From an uncultured Chloroflexia bacterium (GTDB taxonomy: Bacteria > Chloroflexota > Limnocylindria > Limnocylindrales > CSP1-4), in NCBI GenBank assembly GCA_963772995.1, contig CAVYZQ010000013.1, forward strand, positions 3,294 through 67,293: a DNA stretch of 64,000 bases. The letters are read 5' to 3'. Of this stretch, positions 50,362 to 61,105 are shown in pieces. Positions within the stretch are counted from its first letter, which is position 1; every line of letters begins with the position of its first letter. The notes below the pieces were generated by a model. That model was not told where the DNA came from. It made no database searches and was given only the letters and a program-made list of their open reading frames with translations. The translations under genes and the position numbers were made by a program.

Positions 50362-51075
50362 TCATTTGATCATCGGGCGGATCGAGATCTCGGTCACCTC
50401 CGCCGTCCGCGGCAGAGAGATCGACGCGACGACGATCGCCGCCACGTCCTCCGGCTGGAGCAGGCGATCAGGGTGATACGGCTTGCCCTCCCAGTCATGG
50501 ATCATCGCCTGACGTGGCGTGGCCGTCCGGCCGGGGAAGACGGTCGTCACCCGGATCCCGTCCTGGTTCACCTCGTCCCGGAGCGAAGTCGACAGCGCGC
50601 GCAGACCGGCCTGCGTGGCCGCGTACTGCCCCGCATTCGCGCGTGCGACGAGGGCGGCACTCGAACTGACGAACACGATCTGGCCGCGATTCCGCCGCAG
50701 GCTCGGCAGGAGTCCCTTGGTCAGGGCGAACGGGGCCCGGAGGTTCGCCTGGTACTGGCGGTCGAAGTCGTCAACGCTGGCGTTGGCGATGTCGGCTCGT
50801 GCGATCGTCCCGGCGGAATGGACGAGCAGGTCCAGGCCCGAAGGACGAGACTCGATCTCCGCGATGAGCCGACCACGATCCTCGTCGTCGACGACGTCGA
50901 TGGTCCGTCCTTCGACCTGCGCTCCCAGCGCGCGTGCCTCGCGGACGGCGATGTCGAGCGGTTCCGCCCGTCGGGCCACCAGCAGAAGATTCATCCCCTG
51001 GCTGGCCAAGGCGAGCGCGATCGCCCGTCCGATCCCCTGGCTGCCTCCCACGACGAGGGCGAATGGGGCGGGCAT
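50362..51075 (-). CDS. Short-chain dehydrogenase/reductase (SDR family)
   Basis: It has ALVVGGSQGIGRAIA, NASV, and SAAL...YAATQAGL (S-Y-K triad region). Confidence 0.85.
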   Translation of the reverse strand: MPAPFALVVGGSQGIGRAIALALASQGMNLLLVARRAEPLDIAVREARALGAQVEGRTIDVVDDEDRGRLIAEIESRPSGLDLLVHSAGTIARADIANASVDDFDRQYQANLRAPFALTKGLLPSLRRNRGQIVFVSSSAALVARANAGQYAATQAGLRALSTSLRDEVNQDGIRVTTVFPGRTATPRQAMIHDWEGKPYHPDRLLQPEDVAAIVVASISLPRTAEVTEISIRPMIK

Positions 51076-51081
51076 CGGACC

Positions 51082-52330
51082 TCAGTCGAGGACCGTGATG
51101 GATGGCAATGGCACGACGAAACGGCAGCCCCAGGCACGGACGTGGGACATCTGATCGATGATCTCATCCATCAGGTCCCATGTGAGGATCAACAGGTAGT
51201 CCGGCCTGGCGTCGTCGACCTTCTTCGGGGCGAAGATCGGGATCCGCGAGCCCGGCAGATAGCGACCCTGTTTCGAAGGCGCCCGATCGACGACGAAGGC
51301 CACGTCCGCGACGCCGACGTCCGAGGAATTGAGCAAGGTGTTGCCTCTCGACGGCGCGCCGTACCCCGCGACCAGCCGGCCGTCACGCCGCCGATCGTCG
51401 AGGAACTCCCGCAATCCGGAGCGAGCTTCCTCGACGCGCTGAGCGAACGTCTCGAAGTCGGAAGCCCGGTGAGGCCCGCAGCCTCCTCCGCTGACAGGAT
51501 TTGCTTGACGGACCCGTCGTCACCGTTCGACTCGTCGACGTGGCCCGCAAACACGCGGAGGGAGCCTCCGTACGCCGTCGTCGCCATGGCGTCGTGTCGC
51601 TCGCAGCCCGGCGTTCGCAAGCATCCGCGTGAACGCTGACAAGGACAGGTACGACGCGTGACCGTGTCGGAAGCCGTCGTACTGCAGCCCGAGGATCACC
51701 GGCAAAAGATGGTCGAACTCGAATGCCGCGACTCCCCCCGGTGCGAGGAGTCGCTTGACACCCGCGAGGTACTCGGCCGGCCGCGGGTCGTGTGCGAGAT
51801 AGAACCCGTCGACGAACGAGTCCGCGACGTGGCCCTCCTCGACAAGCCGGTCGGCGAGCGCCGGGGTCAGTCGCTCCTCGATCGTCGGCACGCCCGCCTC
51901 GCGTGCCGCCTGGGCGAAGTGCGGCACGGGTTCCAGCAAGGTGCTCTGCGCGCCGGCGGACAGGAAGGCCCCATGGAGCCGATTCCCATGACTCGCGACC
52001 TCGATGATATTGAGGCCGGAATGCCTGTCGGATCGGTCGAGCACATCGCGCACGTAGTCGCGCACGTGCTCCTGCATCGTCGACGATACGGAGAAGGCGA
52101 GCCCGCCCGGCTCGTCGTCGGGCGGCACAGGGTCGCCCTCGAGCTGCACGAGCCAGCACGACGGGACAGGCCAGGATACGGAGCGGCAGACGGACGTCGG
52201 GCTGGGCGAGGTCGGCGGCGTCGATGAATCGCTCGGCAGGCGGTTGGGGCCCGAGATCGACCACGAGCGACAAGCCGGTCGCGCCGCACGATCGACAGGC
52301 GAGGCTCGTTCGTGTCGGCGGGCCGCTCGA
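51082..52330 (-). pseudogene. Second sugar C-methyltransferase paralog (TylCIII-like), at least 3 frame disruptions
   Basis: It is collinear with gene 21465..22712. The N-terminus is in ORF 51383..52273, the middle (NIIEVASHGNRLHGAFL, GGVAAFEFDHLLP) in ORF 51520..52359, and the C-terminus (VAGYGAPSRGNTLLNSSDV...FVVPLPSITVLD) in ORF 51082..51414. Confidence 0.7.
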
Positions 52331-52395
52331 TGACGCGCGCAGCGGTACGCGTCGGTCACCGACTCACGGCCTCCGCGCTGCCGAGCGGACGCCGA

Positions 52396-52887
52396 TCAAC
52401 GGTGCTTCACAGCCCAGTCATACGGGATCTCGTCACCGAACGGGTCGAGCCGTTCAGTGTCCGTCGGATCGTGCGGATGGGTCGCGCAGTTCGCGATCAT
52501 GGACACCTCGTCCATGCCCTTGAAGCCCGTCCAGATGCCAGGTGGGATCACCACCAGCGCATAGTCGTCGGGGCCAAGGAATTGCTCGAGGAGGGCGCCG
52601 CGGGTGGGCGAGTCCATCCGGTCGTCGTACAGGACGAGCTTGATCCGCCCCGCGATGCATGCGTAGTTCAGGGTCATCAGGGCGTGGCGGTGCCAGCCCT
52701 TGACGACGCCGCGATAGATCGTGCTGAAGTAGATCTCGCCGAACTCGACGAAGTGGGGGTCGGTCCGCCGGAGCATGTGGAGGATCGTACCCCGCTCGTC
52801 GGGGATGCGGCGAAGCGGAACGACCTGGACGCCGTCGATCGCGGCGTCGGGTGATGGATGGGCGACGGGCGACATGGCGGTCATCAT
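52396..52887 (-). CDS. RmlC-like cupin, NDP-4-keto-6-deoxyhexose 3,5-(or 5-)epimerase
   Basis: VVPLRRIPDERGTILHMLR...FGEIYFSTIYRGVVKGWHRH matches the dTDP-4-dehydrorhamnose epimerase / EvaD-like fold. Confidence 0.65.
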   Translation of the reverse strand: MMTAMSPVAHPSPDAAIDGVQVVPLRRIPDERGTILHMLRRTDPHFVEFGEIYFSTIYRGVVKGWHRHALMTLNYACIAGRIKLVLYDDRMDSPTRGALLEQFLGPDDYALVVIPPGIWTGFKGMDEVSMIANCATHPHDPTDTERLDPFGDEIPYDWAVKHR

Positions 52888-53089
52888 ACGGCCGGTCTGC
52901 GGTTGGATCGCGGTCGATGGCGGGCGACGTTCAGAAACCGGTGACGGGCGTCAACGAACGAGGCGCGTTCGGGTCGGCCATGGTGCACACTGCGCGGATG
53001 ACTGACATGAGGCGCACCTGTGCCGCGTCGCAGATGACGGCCCCGGCACGGGCTCGTCCGGATGGCACGCCGGGCCGAGCGGCGAGCCG

Positions 53090-53897
53090 ATGAAGGTCGT
53101 GATCTTCTGCGGCGGCCTCGGACTCCGGCTGCGTGATTACTCGGACGCGATCCCCAAGCCGATGGTCCCGATCGGCCTGCGCCCGATCCTGTGGCACAAC
53201 ATGCGCTACTACGCCCACTACGGCCACAAGGAATTCGTCCTCTGCCTGGGCTACAAGGCAGATGTCATCAAGGATTACTTCCTGCGCTACAACGAGGCGC
53301 TCTCGAACGACTTCATCCTGTCCGGCGATGGGCAGCTCGAGCTCCTCAGCACGGACATCCAGGACTGGCGCATCGCATTCGTGAACACGGGCCTGAACGC
53401 CCTGATCGGCCAGCGGTTGCGGGCCGTCCAGAACCATATCGGCACCGACGAGATGTTCCTGGCCAACTACGGCGACAACCTGACGGACGCTCCGCTCGAC
53501 AAGCTCATCGACGACTTCCGAGGGCGCGACAAGGTCGCCGCCTTCCTGTCCGTTGCGCCGACGCAGCTCGTTCCACGTCGTGTCGCTGCGCGACGACGGG
53601 GTCGTGACCGCGATCGAGGGCGTGACGGCGTCGGGGCTGCGCATCAACGGCGGGTTCTTCATCTTCCGCCGGGAGATCTTCGACTACATCCGCCCTGGCG
53701 AGGAATTGGTCGACGAACCGTTCCAGCGGTTGATCGCCGAGGGCCAGCTCATCGCCTACCCGCACGAAGGCTTCTGGGCGCCGATGGACACGCTCAAGGA
53801 CATGCAGAATCTCGAGGCCTTGTACGACGCGGGTCGGCCGCCGTGGGCCGTGTGGCAGCAGGACGAGGAGGACGCCACGCCGTCCGAGGGAGGGTAG
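53090..53897 (+). pseudogene. rfbF: Glucose-1-phosphate cytidylyltransferase (CDP-glucose pyrophosphorylase), frameshift at about 53560
   Basis: MKVVIFCGGLGLRLRDYSDAIPKPMVPIGLRPILWHNMRYYAHYGHKEFVLCLGYK is nearly diagnostic for RfbF. The C-terminal 110 aa are in ORF 53553..53897 (FHVVSL.DDG...YPHEGFWAPMDTLKD). Confidence 0.8.
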
Positions 53898-53909
53898 GGA
53901 CCGCTTCGC

Positions 53910-54565
53910 GTGCGCCGTTTATCCTTCACCGATCAGCCGACGAGCCGCCTCGACATCCTGGTGATCGGCGCGCACCCCGACGATATCGAGATCGGCTGCG
54001 GTGGGACGATGCTTCGGCTGGTCGCGGACGACCGTGTCGCGAGCGTCCGCTGGGTCGTCTGTAGTGGCGAGGGCGGCAGAGCCGACGAAGCGAGGAACGG
54101 GGCACTGGCGATCCTCGACAGTGTGCCTGATCGCAGAGATCGTCATCCTCGGCGGCCGCGACGGATTCTTCCCGCTGAGCGGCGTCGATCTCAAGCAGTC
54201 GTTCGAGGGCCTGAAGACCGGCGCGGAACCGGACCTGATCCTGACCCACCGCCGCGACGATCGGCACCAGGACCACCGGTTCGTCTCCGACCTGACGTGG
54301 CAGACCTTCCGAAGCTCGATGATCCTCGAGTACGAGATCCCAAAGTACGACGGAGACCTCGGGAATCCGAATGTGTTCGTCGAGATACCCGAGTCGCTCG
54401 TTCGTCGGAAGATCGAGATCCTCGAGACGACATTCCCGTCACAGCTCGACCGCCATTGGTACGACGCCGAGACGTTCCGGTCGATCCTGCGGCATCCGGG
54501 GCATCGAATCGCGCACGGGATCCGGCTACGCCGAGGGTTTCGAGGCTCGCAAGGTCGTCCTCTGA
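53910..54565 (+). pseudogene. PIG-L/LmbE-family N-acetylglucosaminyl deacetylase, 2 frame disruptions (about 54125 and about 54495)
   Basis: It has LVIGAHPDDIEIGCGGTML (frame 3), then ...ILTHRRDDRHQDHR... (frame 1), then C-terminal YAEGFEARK (frame 2). Confidence 0.6.
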
Positions 54566-54705
54566 CCGGATCCTGCCGTCCCACCGCATCGTATATCTGG
54601 GCGCCGTCGAGGTGCGACGCGCAATCCGCGCAGGAACGCCGGCACGACCTCGCCATCGAGGATCGGACTTCCGCCCGGACGGGACCGTCGAGTAATCTCC
54701 GCGCC

Positions 54706-55128
54706 ATGAGTATCGGCGGCGGGATGCGATGGGCCGTGTCGGCCGGCTGGCTGGTCATCGCCCTGCTGCTCGAGCGCATCCTCACCCTGGGAGGGATCAC
54801 CGACGTCACCGAGGTGTCCGAGAACCCTCCGGAGTTCGTGGCGACCGGCATCGGGCTGATCGTCGTCGCCGTCGCGATCGCGATCCTCGTGGCGGCCGAT
54901 GTGCGCCGATGGCCATCCCTCTCGATCGCGGCGAGTGCCGGCTACTTCGTGGTGGGCATCTGGCTGCGACTGGAGGAGAACGACGACTCGGGCCTGGCGA
55001 TCGCCATCATGGCTCTGCTCATCGCTACCCTCGCCGGAGGCGACCCTTGGCGCCCGACGGCGCGACGCGACGCGGTCGGCTCGGCCGCCGAACCCATGAG
55101 CGTCGGGCCTTTGCGGTCGGCGACCTGA
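54706..55128 (+). CDS. Small integral membrane protein (unknown)
   Basis: It is 140 aa with 4 hydrophobic segments. Confidence 0.4.
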   Translation: MSIGGGMRWAVSAGWLVIALLLERILTLGGITDVTEVSENPPEFVATGIGLIVVAVAIAILVAADVRRWPSLSIAASAGYFVVGIWLRLEENDDSGLAIAIMALLIATLAGGDPWRPTARRDAVGSAAEPMSVGPLRSAT

Positions 55129-55129
55129 C

Positions 55130-58100
55130 TACTGCCCGGCGGCGCGGAACGTAGCGACCTGCATCAGCCAGCCGCCGGATACGATGGCAGTGGCCGCGTA
55201 GGTGCCGGTGCTGGTCGACCACGCGATCGTTGACGATGTCGGCGTCGGGCACGGTGATGAGACGGGTCGTGAACCCGGTCCCGGAACCCGCTGAAGCCGC
55301 CGGTCGTGACGCCAGCGCCGAAGATGAGCTCCGTGGCGAACGCCGTCGAGACGTTCCCGCTGCTCGCGCTCGAGGAGGTCCCGGACGCGGTCGCGGTCGC
55401 GTCGAACGGGCGCGACGCATCAAGGCCGCTGTATTCCGTGATCCGCACGTCGGCGTAGGGCACAGCATTGCCGAACACGACGGTCACCGTGTTCGCGCCC
55501 GCGGCCGCGGACCGGATGTTCGGCGCGAAGTAGATCGCCTGGCTGACGCCTGGCCCGCGGGCCGTCGGCGCGGCCGACTGGTAGGCGTTGCCCGCGCTAT
55601 CGGTCACGCTGGTGATCGTCGACGTGGCGTCATTCCAGCCGATGGCGACGATGTTGGTGTCACCCGAGGCCTGCGCTCCCGGGTAGGCGATGGCGACCGT
55701 GCCGAGGCTTGTCTGGGGCGTTGCCGCGCTCGCCTGGATGAAGGTCGGCGTCGGGACGACCGTCGACACCGTATAGGTGGCGGTGTAGGACTGTCGCGCT
55801 GGCGGGCACGGTGATCGTGTGCTGTCTCGCGCCCCCGTCGGACCACGAGGCGAAGGTGTAGGCAGTCGCCCCGGACGACTGGTCCCGGGCCTCGATCGTG
55901 TGGTTGAACCCGACGAGCGTGTCGTAGACGAACGGCGCGGTCTTGGCGATGCCGTCGAGATACAGCGTCAGCCCGCTCGGTGACGGTGGCGAACGAGAGG
56001 TTCACCTTCCGCGGCCAGATGGTCACGAACGTCGACGACGTGAGGCCGCTCGAGTCGACGACCGTCAGCATGATCCGGTAGCGGGTGTTGCCGCTGAAAT
56101 CATGCCCCGTGGTCGGGATCGTGAAGGTCCCGCTCTTGACCCCGGTGATGGGTGTTCCCGGGTGCACGTGACCCTCGTGCAGGAAGTCGATGTTCCAGGT
56201 GAAGGCGGCCGCCGGCAGCGTGCCATCCTCGGTGTCGGTCCCGCTGCCACTGAACGAGATGACGTCGCCCGCCACGAAGAAGGCCCCGTCGGTCGGCGCC
56301 TGGATCGACGCGACGGGCGGATTGCCGGCGCTGATCGCGATGGGCGTCGCAGACCGTCTGGTTCACCCCGTCGGACACGGTCAGGCGAGCGTTGTAGCGA
56401 CCCGGCGGCGTATACGTGTGGACCGGGTTGGCAGCCGTCGACGTCGTCCCATCGCCGAAGTCCCAGGAGTAGGTCAGGGCGCGGCCTTCCGGGTCGAGCG
56501 ATCCTGCGCTGGAGAAGGTCACGGCGAGTGGCGCGGGCCCCGACGTCGGGTTGGCCGAAGCGACCGCGACCGGCGCCTGGTTCGACTGAGATGTAGCGGA
56601 TCCGGCGGATCTTGCTGACGCCGAACGTCCCGCCGATGTCGGAGTAGCCGAGATCGACGTAGTACAGCGCGCCGTCGGGACCTTCGGTCAGGTACACGAT
56701 GTCGCCGTATGGGCCATCGACCGAACCGTCGGCGGGCTCGAAATTGTTGATGCTCACGAAGTTGCCGTTGGCGTCGAGGTGGAGCCGACGGATCCAGTTC
56801 TGGGTGTAGTCGGCGAAGAAATAGTCGCCCTGGTACGACGCCGGGAACTGCGTCCCGTGGTAGACGAAGCCACCCGTGACCGCCGAATCGCGCCCGTTGT
56901 GCGGGTACGAGTAGAGCGGGCTCGTGCACGGGGCCGGGCACGGGCCCTCGTAGTTGGGCCAGCCCGAAGTTGGCGCCCGCGGCGCCGACGTCGACCTCCT
57001 CGACCGCCGTCGAGTAGTCGTTGCCGCCCACGTCGCCGACGTACATCCGGCCCGGTCGGCGCGTCGTAGTAGGCGCGGTAGGGGTTGCGCAACCCGAGGG
57101 CCCAGATGGAGTCCACATTCGGGCCGGCGCCGTCGTAGAACGGGTTGTCGGTCGGGATGGTCCCGTCCTTGTTGATGCGGTGGATCTTGCCCCGCGGGCT
57201 CGTCAGGTCCTGGGCGTTGGCGGCGAGGAAGTGCTCGCCGGTCGTGAAGTAGAGCTTGCCGTCGTTGCCGAACATGATCGCGCCGCCGTGGTGCTCGGCA
57301 TTCGCGTCCAGCGGGTCCTGATACAGGACGGTCTCGCTGCCCGCCACGGTCCCGGTGATGGTGCTGTTCGCCGTGAACCTGGCCAGGCCGGTCGCGGTTC
57401 GGCGAGCCGAGGGTATAGAAGACGTAGTAGTAGTGGTTGGTCGTGAAGGCGGGGTCGAGCGCGATGTCGTAGATCCCCTGCTGCACGCCGGCCGAGCCGA
57501 TGTTCGTGATCTGGAGGAACGGCGTCGGGTCGGGCGTGGTGTACGGCGGCGGCAGCACCCTGATCGTACCCGCCAGCTCGACGACGAGCATCCGCCCATC
57601 GGGCAGGAACTCGATATTCGTCGGCAGGTTGAAGCCCGTCGCCAGGACCTCGTTCTGGAAGAAGTTGGCGTTGGCGACATTGACCGCCACGCCCGCCGAC
57701 AGGGTGCTGTTCCCGGCGGCATCGCGCGCTCGCGCGGTCAGCGTGTGGGCGCCGTTCTGCGCCGCGCGCGTGTCCCAGGCGAGCCCGTACGGGGCCGTGC
57801 TGTCCTCGGCGCCGGTCGCGACCCCGTCGACGTAGAACTGGACCGCCTGGACTCCGACGTCGTCGGCCGCGTTGGCCGTCACGTTCACGATGTCGGTGAC
57901 CTGCGCACCCGCGGCGGGCGCCGTGATCGACACCGACGGCGGGGTCGTGTCGCCCGACGCCAGGCCCGAGGCTGTTAGCCATGTCGGCCTGGATCTCGGC
58001 TGACGACAGCGCCCGGTCGTAGATGCGGACGTCGTCGACGCGCCCGCTGAAGAGGTAGCCTCCATTGGCCCGTCGGCCGATGAGGACGTTCTGGGGGGAG

Positions 58101-59878
58101 TCCTGCTGGGTCGACGTGACGGTGCCGACCTGCGCGCCGTTGTCCACCTGCCCGTCGAGGTACACGGTCATCGTGCCGGCGGTCGCGTCGTAGACGCCCG
58201 CGACGTGGTACCAGGTGTTCGTCTGCAGGGCGGTCGCGCCGTAGCGGATCATGTCGGCGCCCGTGCTGCTGGTCAGCTTGAAGCCGACCGTCCGTGGGCC
58301 GCCGTCGATGGTGGTATCGAGCTGGAAGCCGACCCGAGCCACGCTTGGAGACCACGGATGCGTCGTCGGCAGGGAACGCCGACGAGTTGATCCAGGCACT
58401 GACGGTCATGCTCCCGCTGAGGCGGAGTGCGGTCGGGTTGCCGAGATCGACGTAGTCATCGACGCCATCGAGGACGATCGCGCCGCCGTACCGCCCGGCG
58501 CCCCAGGTCGGCCCATTGGTGAGCGTCCCAGTGATCCCGTGACCCGAGGCGTCGGCGGCGCTCGTGCCGCTCCCGTCGTCGAATGCGTAGCCGGCGACGA
58601 TGCCGGCCGGGGGCGGCGTCGTGTTCGAGACCGTCACGGTCACCGGGGACGACGTCGTCGCGTTGCCCGCCGCATCGCGGGCGCGCGCCGTGAGCGTGTG
58701 CGTGCCGTTCGTGGCCGTCGTGGTCGCCCACGACACGCCGTAGGGCGCGGTGGTGTCCTCGGCCGTGATGTCGACCCCGTCGAGGAGGAAGCGCACGCCC
58801 GCCACGCCGACGTTGTCGCTCGCGTTGGCCGACACGGTCATGCGTGCCCGACACCGTCGAACCGGCGGTCGGCGCCGTCAGCGAGACGGTCGGTGGCGTC
58901 GTATCGCCTGGCGCGGCCTGGGTCGTCGCCGTCGCGCTCGCGGACTTCGCGGATTCGTTCCCGGCCGCGTCGTACGCGCTCACCGTGTAGGTGTAGGTGG
59001 TCGCCGGCGTCAGCCCTGTGTCCTGGTATGTCGTCGTCGTCGATGTCGCCACCTGCGACCCGTCACGGAATACCTTGTAACCGGTCACGCCGACGTTGTC
59101 GGTCGACGCGACCCAGTCCAGGTTGATCTGGGTCGCTGAGAAGCCGTTCCCGCTGAGATGCGTCGGGATCGACGGCGCGGTCGTGTCGGACGAGGCGGGC
59201 CGGAACGCGACCAGCCGCATCACCCAGCTACGTGCCGTTCTGCGTCGCAGTCGCCGAATATGGTCCCGGAGCCGCCGCGAGTCGGTCCTGCGTGCGGTTG
59301 CCCGAGACGGTCGGACCGCGTCGTCCATCCAGCTCCCGCGGCGGTCACCGTGACCGACGATGCGGCCGCGGCGAAGAGCAGGTCGCCTGCGACGGTCGTC
59401 GTCAGTGAACCCGAGCTCATGGCAGCGCGCCGTGCCGATCGCCCCGGTCGTCCCGTCAAGCGGATTGACCTTGTCGATCGCCGGCGTATTCGTGGACGTA
59501 GACGATCGCCCAGCCATTGATCGTCGTGGCGAACGTCGCCGTGACCGTGTTGGCGCCGGCGGCGACGTTCTTCGCGAAGAACGTCTGCTCGCTCCAGTTC
59601 GAGCCCCAGGTCCGGCGAGTCGCGACGCTGGTGTAGGCATTCCCGCGGCTGTCCGCCAGGGTCACGGCCCCAGTGTTGTTCCAGAACACGCTCGCAACGA
59701 TCAGGTTCCCGGCCGCGTTGGCGCTCGCGAACGTGACGCTGTCAGTCTTGCCGCTCGCGATCTCGCGCGCCTGTGTCTGGACGAATGACGGGCCCGCCGC
59801 CGTCGCCGGCTTCGGGTTCGCGACGGCGGATCCGAGGGTCGCGAGGATGACCGCAGCGACGATCGCGACGGCTCGCAT
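55130..59878 (-). pseudogene. Giant secreted multidomain protein (about 1580 aa), with at least 8 frame disruptions. It has a signal peptide, an unknown about 110-aa N-domain, FN3/Ig-like domains, a LamG (concanavalin-like) domain, an Ig-like domain, a PQQ-dependent sugar dehydrogenase (GSDH) beta-propeller, PKD domains, and a C-terminal repeat of the N-domain
   Basis: The signal peptide is MRAVAIVAAVILATLGSAVA. FN3 is in ORF 58456..59640. LamG is in ORF 57203..58399 (..WYHVAGVYDATAGTMTVYLDG..RVDDVRIYDRALS). GSDH is in ORFs 56065..58065/56754..57722 (FFQNEVLATGFNLPTNIEFLPDGRMLVVELAGTIRVL; GKIHRINKDGTIPTDNPF). PKD is in ORF 56100..56522 (WDFGDGTTS). The C-terminal domain (ORF 55164..55769) is homologous to the N-terminal domain (ORF 59456..59878). 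Confidence 0.6.
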
Positions 59879-60214
59879 GCGAATCAGGAAATCGGATGCG
59901 GATCAACATCTGGCCAGCACTGAAACGGTCCTTGGTTCAGATCGGAAGCGCGACGACCCGACATTCGACGGATGGGGTTATGCCGGAGGCAATGCCTCAC
60001 TCGTTCGCGCTGAGATTAGCGGAGAACTCGCCAGGCGCCGGATTCGAACGACGAATGTTGGTGCCCGGAGGCACCATCGGAACCTCGGGACCCCGGGAAA
60101 TTGGCGCGGCCATCCTGTCAAGAATTGACCTGCCGGGGACTGGCGCGGGCGAAAGCGGTTCGGTCCGGTGATGGGGCGTGTGGAGCGGTCTGGTTCGCCG
60201 CCCGAGGGTCCGGG

Positions 60215-61105
60215 TCAGTCCAAATCGCCGGCCTCCGCGCGGTCCGCAAGTCGTTCGTTGTAGCGCTGGTCGCGCCACGCGAGTGCTGCCTTGAGGCCGT
60301 CACGACGGACGATCTCGTCCCACTCGCGCTGCTCTGGCGTGTCGGCGGCGTTCACGATCGTTCCGAGGTCGAGTCCGGCCTCGACCGCCAGGCGGAAGCC
60401 AGCGGCATCCATGGCCCGGTTGAGCATCGCCTTGGTCGGTGCCATGACCTCGGGCGGCGTCCGCGCCAGCCGGTCGGCCAGGGCATCCACGGCAGCGGCA
60501 AGGCCCTCCGCCGGCACCACCCGGTTCACGAGCCCGATGCGCTCCGCTTCGGCGGCGTCGATGAGGTCGCCCGTGAACAGCAGCTCCCGCGTCTTCTTCT
60601 GACCGATGAGATACGGCATCAGGAGCGTGACCGGGGCGGACCCGTAGCGGATCTCGGGCTCGCCGAGCTTGGTCCCCTCGGCGGCCACGATCAGGTCGCA
60701 CGCCATCGCAAGCTCGAGCCCGCCCGCGAGCGCGTACCCGTGCACCTGGGCGATGACCGGCTTCGGGCAGTCGAGGATCCGCAACGTCGCGGCGATGTCG
60801 GTGGCGAGGAGCGCTCGCCAGGCGACCGTCCCGCCGACGCCACCCTCCGCTTCCTCCGTCAGGTCGTAGCCGGAACAGAAGGCCCGGCCGGCACCCTCGA
60901 TGACGATGACGCGAACGTCCGGGTCGGCTTCGGCGCTATCGAAGGCCGCGACGAGCGCCCGGACCAGCTCGGCAGACAGGGCGTTGAGCTTCGCCGGGCG
61001 GTTGAGGACCAGTCGGACACCCCACGGCGTCGGTCGAGCGATGAGCACCGGTTCGGGCGATCCGGGACCCTGGGAAGAGGCCGCGACCGAGTTACGCGGA
61101 GGCAA
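60215..61105 (-). CDS. Enoyl-CoA hydratase/isomerase (crotonase fold)
   Basis: It has VIVIEGAGRAFCSGYDL and the AQVHGYALAGGLELAMACD oxyanion-hole region. Confidence 0.85.
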   Translation of the reverse strand: MPPRNSVAASSQGPGSPEPVLIARPTPWGVRLVLNRPAKLNALSAELVRALVAAFDSAEADPDVRVIVIEGAGRAFCSGYDLTEEAEGGVGGTVAWRALLATDIAATLRILDCPKPVIAQVHGYALAGGLELAMACDLIVAAEGTKLGEPEIRYGSAPVTLLMPYLIGQKKTRELLFTGDLIDAAEAERIGLVNRVVPAEGLAAAVDALADRLARTPPEVMAPTKAMLNRAMDAAGFRLAVEAGLDLGTIVNAADTPEQREWDEIVRRDGLKAALAWRDQRYNERLADRAEAGDLD

